In this document: one piece after another, positions 58,045-64,000 of the stretch
Layout of the letters: every line of letters begins with the position of its first letter
Numbering within the stretch: position 1 is the first letter of the stretch
Source: an uncultured Desulfobacterales bacterium
GTDB taxonomy: Bacteria > Desulfobacterota > Dissulfuribacteria > Dissulfuribacterales > S140-46
Reading direction: 5' to 3'
NCBI GenBank assembly: GCA_964620365.1
Contig: CAZUIH010000002.1
Location: 1,598 to 65,597, forward strand
DNA length: 64,000 bases
Notes under the pieces: generated by a model
Databases searched by the model: none
What the model was told of the DNA's origin: nothing
What the model saw: the letters and a program-made list of their open reading frames with translations, nothing else
Program-made: the position numbers and the translations under genes

Positions 58045-58793
58045 CCTAACTGCTCCAAGCGATCTAGTAATTTGCGCGCAGCTTCCTTCATAGTGGAATC
58101 AGACTCCTCTATAGAAACAGAATTACGTTCAGCCCTCTTTACACCTGGAGAAAGGGGAAACCATCCCAGGACCTTCTCATCCATAATCTTCTCTATGTAT
58201 TTCAAGTCCTCTTCGTCAGACACATGGTTTGCCACAATTGACAAATTTTTAAGCCCAAGATCCTGTGACAATTTTTTTATTTGCTGGGCTGTCTCCAGGC
58301 TGCCCCTGTAGGGCTGAACCACGACCAGCAGGTGGTCTACACTTGCTATGGTGCCTCTGCCCAAGTGTTCCACCCCGGCCTCCATATCGAGCACTATATC
58401 TTCGTTGGGAGAGAGAATAAGGGTATTGATTAGATTTCTGAGCACCGTATTTTCCGCACAGGCGCATCCTCCGCCACCCTTTTGAATGGCACCTACCACC
58501 ATTAATTTGATATCGCCCTTCCTACGCATGAATCTATTGGGAAGATCATCCACCCTGGGATTCATGTTGTAAAAGGCCCCTTCCCTCTGGGACCTCTCCT
58601 GGATAAGCTCCGTCATATCAGCTATTGGTATTATTTCATTTGCATCAGGGAAACCAAGTACCCTGGCGAGATGCGGACTTGGATCCGAATCTATGGCCAG
58701 TACCTTTCTTCCCCTTTCGACCAGGGCCTGGATCAAAAAAGCGCTTACTGTGGTTTTGCCGACGCCACCTTTACCGCTTATTGCTATCTTCAC
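58041..58793 (-). CDS. CooC-type (MinD/Mrp-class) metal-insertion P-loop ATPase
   Basis: GTG start after GGAGA. Deviant Walker A GKGGVGKTT and a CxC motif (GGGGCACAEN). Has a 4 nt ATGA overlap with folE2. Confidence 0.7.
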   Translation of the reverse strand: MKIAISGKGGVGKTTVSAFLIQALVERGRKVLAIDSDPSPHLARVLGFPDANEIIPIADMTELIQERSQREGAFYNMNPRVDDLPNRFMRRKGDIKLMVVGAIQKGGGGCACAENTVLRNLINTLILSPNEDIVLDMEAGVEHLGRGTIASVDHLLVVVQPYRGSLETAQQIKKLSQDLGLKNLSIVANHVSDEEDLKYIEKIMDEKVLGWFPLSPGVKRAERNSVSIEESDSTMKEAARKLLDRLEQLG

Positions 58794-58817
58794 GCCTTAT
58801 CTCCATTTCTATCTTTT

Positions 58818-59018
58818 AACCCGGATTATCCACTTCAACTGTCGAAAAATGATCTTTTATGCATCAACATCATGCCATGTTTTGGGCATTTTAGCCGCCA
58901 AGGACTGCCTATTTCCCGAATCTGTCTTGTTATCAGGCAGTTGAAGAATAATAATACGTCCACGTCTCTCTGACGCCCTTGCGGCTTCGACAAACGCAGC
59001 AACTTTATAATCCGGGTT
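58818..59018. repeat. family-1 repeat, copy E (201 bp, full length)
   Basis: Left end AACCCGGATTATCCACTTCAAC, right end ATAATCCGGGTT: a perfect 12 bp inverted terminal pair. Starts 25 nt upstream of the cooC-like GTG. Confidence 0.7.
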
Positions 59019-59245
59019 TAAACATTATCCTGAGTTTACTTATTATTAAACTAACAATCCAGGACAATATCTACGGATAAGACAAAAATAATACCAAAAG
59101 GTCATGGTCGTGCAAAATACTTTTCCAGGAAAACCACACGCAAACACCGTGACACGATGCCAGGACCAATGGATCATTTGAAATGACGCGTGGTTTTATG
59201 TTATTAAAAATGACAAATTACCAAAATGGCTGGAGGATTAATCTA

Positions 59246-59782
59246 ATGAAACGTACCATTGACACCATGCTGGTTCTAGGAGTGTTATTTTTTTTGACAT
59301 CTTTTATTTTCCCTGCTAAAGGTCTGGCCTCGACCTATGACACCTTCAATCCCTGTTTCAAAGACATATCCGGATGGCAGGCCGAAAAACCCGAAGGGAT
59401 GAATGTTGAAATGCCAGGCATGAAAATGCTTTCTGCGACAAGAACGTATTCGAAAGGCGACAAAAACTTTACAGTAGCTGTCAGCACCGGCCCAATGGCC
59501 AACATCACTCTTGCCGGTAACTTTCAGGTAGGGACCAAGATAGAGACTCCGGATGGTCTGATGAAGGTGGAAAAGATTAAGGGTTTCATTGCACAGACCG
59601 TTTACGACAAATCTGGAAACAGCGGAAGCGTCACTGTCGTACTCAAGAAAGATGAGGCCCAGGATCAATCAGGGGCCATGCTCATGTTTACAGGAGAAAA
59701 CATGAATCTGGATGAAGTCCTCGAGCTGGCCAAGACCTTCGACTGGCAGTGTTTCCACAAAAAGGCTCAAAGTGCCCGATAG
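59246..59782 (+). CDS. secreted hypothetical protein (178 aa)
   Basis: ATG 59246 follows GGAGGA. Signal peptide MKRTIDTMLVLGVLFFLTSFIFPAKGLA. The track start at 59183 is probably too long. Confidence 0.55.
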   Translation: MKRTIDTMLVLGVLFFLTSFIFPAKGLASTYDTFNPCFKDISGWQAEKPEGMNVEMPGMKMLSATRTYSKGDKNFTVAVSTGPMANITLAGNFQVGTKIETPDGLMKVEKIKGFIAQTVYDKSGNSGSVTVVLKKDEAQDQSGAMLMFTGENMNLDEVLELAKTFDWQCFHKKAQSAR

Positions 59783-61913
59783 GACAGTCAAAAAATCAAC
59801 AAAACAGGAATTGCCAAAGGGGAAGAAATCCTTTTTCAGGGATATTTCAGCCCTTTTCCTCTTTGCCGCTGCCCTATTTTTTGCTGCATCGCTTTTGAGC
59901 TATTCTCCTGAGGACCCATCCCTGACCCATTACACCCTAAATGGTTCGGGCAATTGGATGGGACCCGTAGGTGCCAACCTGGCAGCATTTCTGACGGATG
60001 TCCTAGGACATGCTTCTTGGTGGCTAGTGATATTCCTGGTGTTCGCTGCCTTCTATTCCCTTGGTGCGTTTCATCTCTCAGCCATACCACCATATTTGAT
60101 CTTGTATGGCCTTTGCGCCATGCTCTTCTCCTCCTGTGGGTTGTTATCACTGGTCAACAGGGAATACGGAGGCATTGCAGGCACAGTCAGCATTGCGTTT
60201 TTATCTCACTGGATCGGGACACCCGGCACAATACTGGTCCTGTTTTTGGTCTTGTTTTCAGGCCTGCTGGCAGCAACACCTCTTTCTCTTCACGACATAA
60301 TTTCGGGAATTGCTCGCATGATGTCACACAAGGCAAGACCGAAACAAAATAAAGACAAGGATATTGTCCCTGTCAAAAAGCCAAGCAAGGAACTTCCATC
60401 CTCCAAGGAAGAGGCAACTGTTCCCAAGATTACCGAGGCCAGAAGGGAAGGAGCCAGGGAGGAAAAATCGAAGTTCTCGGAGGATTTCCAGATAACCCCT
60501 GTAGCGGGCAAATTTGTAACTCCTCCTCTTAATTTTCTCGCGGATCCCCCGGAGGAATTCGAGGAAACAGACAAGGATATATATATATCCAACGCAAAGG
60601 CCCTGGAGCGAAAGCTGTTGGACTTCGGTGTTGCAGGTCACGTGGTGGAGATATGCGCAGGCCCAGTGGTGACCATGTATGAGTTTGAACCTGCGCCCGG
60701 GGTAAAAATCAACAAAGTGGCATCCCTGGCAGATGACCTGGCCATGGCATTGAAGACCCACTCCATCAGGATCGTGGCCCCCATACCAGGAAAATCCGTC
60801 ATAGGCATCGAGATGGCAAATACGAAGCGCCAGATTGTTTACCTAAAGGAAATACTTGCGGACGACACTTTCAAGGCACATAAGGGGATTCTTCCCTTGG
60901 CGCTCGGACAGGACATAATGGGGAAACCGGTAGTGACGGACCTTGCCCGCATGCCGCACCTTTTGATAGCAGGCGCGACAGGAACAGGAAAGAGTGTCGG
61001 GCTGAACACCATGATATGCTCACTTCTTTACCGGCATGGTCCTGACAAGCTCAGGCTCCTCATGATAGATCCCAAGAGGATCGAGCTTTCTCTCTATGAC
61101 GGCATACCCCATCTGCTGCATCCTGTCGTCAGCGAACCCAAGGAAGCCACAAGGGCTCTTCGGTGGGCCGTCATGGAGATGGAACGGCGTTACCAACTCC
61201 TGGAAGAGGCCAAGGCCAGAAACATGGAAGGGTACAACAAAAATGCTGAAGAACCTTTGCCTTTCCTGGTAGTTATCATAGATGAACTAGCAGATCTCAT
61301 GATGGTTTCCTCTAAGGAGGTGGAATCCTCAATAGCCCGTCTCGCCCAAATGGCTAGAGCCGCGGGAATTCATCTTCTCGTTGCGACCCAGCGGCCTTCT
61401 GTTGACGTTCTGACCGGACTAATAAAGGCCAACTTTCCCGCGCGCATCTCATTCAAGGTTTCATCTAAGGTGGACTCAAGGACCATCCTGGACATCATGG
61501 GGGCAGAGAGGCTACTGGGCATGGGAGACATGCTCTTTTTGCCGCCCGGTAGCGCAACTGTCCAGAGGATACATGGCGCCTATGTATCCGAGCCTGAGAT
61601 AACCAAGGTAGTTGATTTCCTGAAGGAACAGGGAGAGCCACAATATGATCTTACAGTAACAGAGGCAGTGCCTGGCGATGAAGAGTCAGGAGACGGCATA
61701 GGATCCGCTTCCGAATCCGTGGATGAAAAATATGATGAGGCCATAGAGATAGTTACCCAGTCGGGCCAGGCCTCCATATCAATGCTTCAGAGAAAAATGA
61801 GGATCGGATATAACAGGGCCGCCCGCATGATTGAGCAGATGGAAAAAGATGGTATAGTCAGTCCCACTGATTCTATGGGAAGACGAAAGGTCCTCGTTCG
61901 GGGATATGACTAG
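59712..61913 (+). CDS. ftsK: DNA translocase FtsK
   Basis: N-terminal TM segments, Walker A GATGTGKSV, Walker B VVIIDELADL, and gamma-domain wHTH ASISMLQRKMRIGYNRAARMIEQME. The start is uncertain because it overlaps the previous ORF by 71 nt. Confidence 0.85.
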   Translation: MKSSSWPRPSTGSVSTKRLKVPDRTVKKSTKQELPKGKKSFFRDISALFLFAAALFFAASLLSYSPEDPSLTHYTLNGSGNWMGPVGANLAAFLTDVLGHASWWLVIFLVFAAFYSLGAFHLSAIPPYLILYGLCAMLFSSCGLLSLVNREYGGIAGTVSIAFLSHWIGTPGTILVLFLVLFSGLLAATPLSLHDIISGIARMMSHKARPKQNKDKDIVPVKKPSKELPSSKEEATVPKITEARREGAREEKSKFSEDFQITPVAGKFVTPPLNFLADPPEEFEETDKDIYISNAKALERKLLDFGVAGHVVEICAGPVVTMYEFEPAPGVKINKVASLADDLAMALKTHSIRIVAPIPGKSVIGIEMANTKRQIVYLKEILADDTFKAHKGILPLALGQDIMGKPVVTDLARMPHLLIAGATGTGKSVGLNTMICSLLYRHGPDKLRLLMIDPKRIELSLYDGIPHLLHPVVSEPKEATRALRWAVMEMERRYQLLEEAKARNMEGYNKNAEEPLPFLVVIIDELADLMMVSSKEVESSIARLAQMARAAGIHLLVATQRPSVDVLTGLIKANFPARISFKVSSKVDSRTILDIMGAERLLGMGDMLFLPPGSATVQRIHGAYVSEPEITKVVDFLKEQGEPQYDLTVTEAVPGDEESGDGIGSASESVDEKYDEAIEIVTQSGQASISMLQRKMRIGYNRAARMIEQMEKDGIVSPTDSMGRRKVLVRGYD

Positions 61914-61958
61914 TTTTTTAACTTGAAGCCTCTAACCTTACAGCCTATTCTAACAACT

Positions 61959-63518
61959 ATGTCATCTGAACTCATAATAAATGTTGCTCCATGGGAAACG
62001 AGGGTCGCCCTTCTTGAAAATGGAACCGTCGTGGAATTCCACGTGGAGCGTAAGGCCGAACGTGGTTATGTAGGGAATATTTACAAGGGAAGAGTGGTTA
62101 GGGTGCTTCCTGGAATGCAGGCGGCCTTCGTGGATATCGGCCTTGAGAGGACAGCCTTTCTATATGTGACTGATGTTTACGATCATCTGTCAGAATTCGA
62201 AATGATGTTGGGAAGGGCGGAGTGCGAGGAAAACCATCTTCACCACTGCGGACAGGAATATGAACACCCCATCCACTATACTCCCCCCCCGTTCAGGATA
62301 GAAGACCTCCTCCATGAAGGCCAGGAAATACTCGTTCAGGTTGGCAAGGAACCCCTTGGGAGCAAGGGAGCACGGGTCACCTCCCATATCTCTCTTCCTG
62401 GCCGCCACCTGGTACTCATGCCCACCATGAACCATGTTGGCATCTCCCGCAGGATAACCGACGAGGCAGAAAGGCAGAGGCTCAAAGACCTCATAGAAGA
62501 GATAAGGCCAACCGGACTCGGCTTTATAGCACGTACTGCCAGCGAAGGCCTTTCATCCGACGATCTCAAAGGCGAGATGGAATTTCTCATACATCTCTGG
62601 GAAGACATCCAAAGAAGGGCCTCTACCCTGCCCATTCCAAGCCTTGTATATGAAGATCTGGATATCACCCTTAGGGCGGTAAGAGACCTTTTCTCCGGGG
62701 AAGTTACAAGACTGGTCGTGGATTCGAAGCCGGCCTATGAACGTATAATCGATTTTATAGAGACCTTTGCCCAACACCTTAAACCAAAGGTCGAACTTTA
62801 TAACGAGCCTACCCCCATATTTGATGCTTTCGGTATTGAACTCGAGATGTCCAAGGCCTTGGGCAGGAAGGTCTGGCTCAAGTCCGGGGGATACATCATT
62901 ATCGAGAGCACGGAAGCCCTTACGGCCATCGACGTAAACACAGGAAAATTCGTTGGTAAAAGACATCTGGAGGATACGATACTAAAGACGAACATTGAAG
63001 CGGCCAAGGAAATTGCATACCAGCTGAGGCTTCGAAACATCGGTGGACTAATCATCATAGATTTCATCGACATGGACAATAGCGCTAGCCGCGAAGAGGT
63101 CTTCAATACCTTGAAAGAGAGCATCAAAAGGGACAAGAGCAAGATAAATATCCTCCGTATGTCTGAACTTGGTCTGATTCAGATGACCAGAAAAAGAAAC
63201 AGGGAAAGCCTGAGGAGCATATTGACCGAACCATGTTTTTACTGTGATGGGGCAGGCGAACTGAAATCCACCCGGACTCTTTGTTATGAAATCTTTCGCC
63301 GAATACGACGGGAAGCTGGTAAAAATGATGATACGGCCATCCAGCTCCTTGTTCATCCCAGAATAGGAGAGATGCTGCTTAATGAAGAAGCGCATCATGT
63401 GGAATTTTTAGAAGAGGAAATCGGAAGGGAGATCACAATAGTTTCCCGTCCTAACCTTCACCTGGAACAGTTTGAGATACATTATAATACGCTTCCCAAA
63501 GCTAATGATCATATGTGA
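61959..63518 (+). CDS. rng: Rne/Rng-family ribonuclease (RNase G-like)
   Basis: S1 domain GNIYKGRVVRVLPGMQAAFVDIG and a catalytic-core DVNTGKF region. ATG 61959 is preferred over the TTG at 61923. Confidence 0.85.
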   Translation: MSSELIINVAPWETRVALLENGTVVEFHVERKAERGYVGNIYKGRVVRVLPGMQAAFVDIGLERTAFLYVTDVYDHLSEFEMMLGRAECEENHLHHCGQEYEHPIHYTPPPFRIEDLLHEGQEILVQVGKEPLGSKGARVTSHISLPGRHLVLMPTMNHVGISRRITDEAERQRLKDLIEEIRPTGLGFIARTASEGLSSDDLKGEMEFLIHLWEDIQRRASTLPIPSLVYEDLDITLRAVRDLFSGEVTRLVVDSKPAYERIIDFIETFAQHLKPKVELYNEPTPIFDAFGIELEMSKALGRKVWLKSGGYIIIESTEALTAIDVNTGKFVGKRHLEDTILKTNIEAAKEIAYQLRLRNIGGLIIIDFIDMDNSASREEVFNTLKESIKRDKSKINILRMSELGLIQMTRKRNRESLRSILTEPCFYCDGAGELKSTRTLCYEIFRRIRREAGKNDDTAIQLLVHPRIGEMLLNEEAHHVEFLEEEIGREITIVSRPNLHLEQFEIHYNTLPKANDHM

Positions 63519-63530
63519 GGTAACATTGTT

Positions 63531-64000
63531 ATGTCTTTTGAGCCAAACTCTCTGCCAACATTGATAGGAAGCCTTCCGCTCAAAGAACACACCGAAGCGA
63601 CACGCATGGTCCTTGAATACATGCCTGAGATACCTTTATGGGTCCAACTTCCATGTTATCCCGAGGAGAGGCTTCTGTCCCAGTTTGCGGAAAATCTGCC
63701 TGGAATAAGAGGAGAGGGAGATTCACTATATTTTGACTCCCAGGACCCATCTTTTGAATCCGAGTTATTGTCATTTTTTGAACAGTTTATCAGTGTGACA
63801 GAAGAGGGAAGTGGGCTTAGCGACTCCATCTTTGCCTTTTCCGAAAGGACCGGGAGGGGATTTAACACATTCCTGTCTGAAGTTTCAAAAATGGACAAGA
63901 AACCCGTAGGACTCAAGGGGCAAATCACAGGGCCTTTTACTATGCTTACGGGCCTGAAAGACAAGGCCGGACGCGCTGCCTACTTTGATTCCCAGCTAAG
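63531..64000 (+). CDS. hypothetical protein, N-terminal part (runs off the window); possibly MetE/URO-D-like TIM-barrel family
   Basis: ATG 63531 lies 13 nt after the rng stop, and the frame is open to the window end (MSFEPNSLPTLIGSLPLKEHTEATRMVLEYMPEIPLWVQLP...). The family guess is weak. Confidence 0.4.
   Translation, partial: MSFEPNSLPTLIGSLPLKEHTEATRMVLEYMPEIPLWVQLPCYPEERLLSQFAENLPGIRGEGDSLYFDSQDPSFESELLSFFEQFISVTEEGSGLSDSIFAFSERTGRGFNTFLSEVSKMDKKPVGLKGQITGPFTMLTGLKDKAGRAAYFDSQL

Noticed and set aside
59712-59782. 71 nt overlap between the small secreted protein ORF and ftsK, considered as a possible frameshift or fusion
   Set aside because: It is more simply explained by an over-extended ftsK start call. 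The first roughly 25 codons (MKSSSWPRPSTGSVSTKRLKVPDR) look non-native. I could not identify the true start with confidence, but nothing indicates programmed frameshifting.
1-64000. Search for CRISPR arrays, IS or transposase genes, integrases, prophage genes, toxin-antitoxin pairs or known defence-system genes
   Set aside because: I saw no regularly spaced direct repeats and none of these gene types on either strand. The only repeats are the two non-coding families reported. Gene content is otherwise core metabolism and information processing.

Overview
This is a chromosomal segment of mostly housekeeping operons, with gene content typical of an anaerobic Desulfobacterota-type (deltaproteobacterial) organism. 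That content includes multihaem cytochrome c, rubrerythrin, an AhbD-like radical SAM enzyme and a CooC-type ATPase; the taxon is inferred, not proven.

Recognisable units, in order:
- fetAB-like iron exporter, holA, proC
- two Fur-family regulators (one fused to FeoA), an ArsR regulator, a sensor kinase
- nfo, a porin, trmL, dtd
- a haem operon (ahbD-like, hemE, hemH, hemY)
- LysR, a tetrahaem cytochrome and a haem-type MCP, then rubrerythrin
- a complete biotin operon (bioF, bioH-like, bioC, bioD, bioA, bioB)
- lpxC, era-rnc, ilvD, hisB, an RNase II/R-family enzyme
- a trehalose operon (DUF protein, treT-like, otsB, otsA)
- hsp20, cobU-cobT, a large secreted protein plus an EEP hydrolase
- cooC-like plus folE2, ftsK, rng

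I saw no rRNA, tRNA, CRISPR array, transposase, integrase or phage genes.

The most interesting signals are not in the ORF track:
1. Three genes are interrupted by single in-frame TGA codons, at 2896..2894, 11861..11859 and 12563..12561 (all minus strand). Each reads best as a selenocysteine gene. One of them (11634..11969) is completely invisible to ORF calling. All three have a hairpin with a GGU-containing loop downstream of the TGA.
2. A repeat bounded by inverted 12-mers (AACCCGGATTAT ... ATAATCCGGGTT) occurs in five copies plus one solo end. Every copy sits upstream of a minus-strand gene start, in one orientation, and most of those genes have metal or redox themes.
3. A second, two-copy repeat lies next to tetrapyrrole genes.

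Gene-context oddities are reported separately: a Fur-FeoA fusion, hemE/H/Y with an AhbD-like enzyme, CooC-like coupled to FolE2, and an MCP with a haem c motif and a Cys-rich module. All function calls rest on motifs read by eye and recalled family knowledge. No database search was run.
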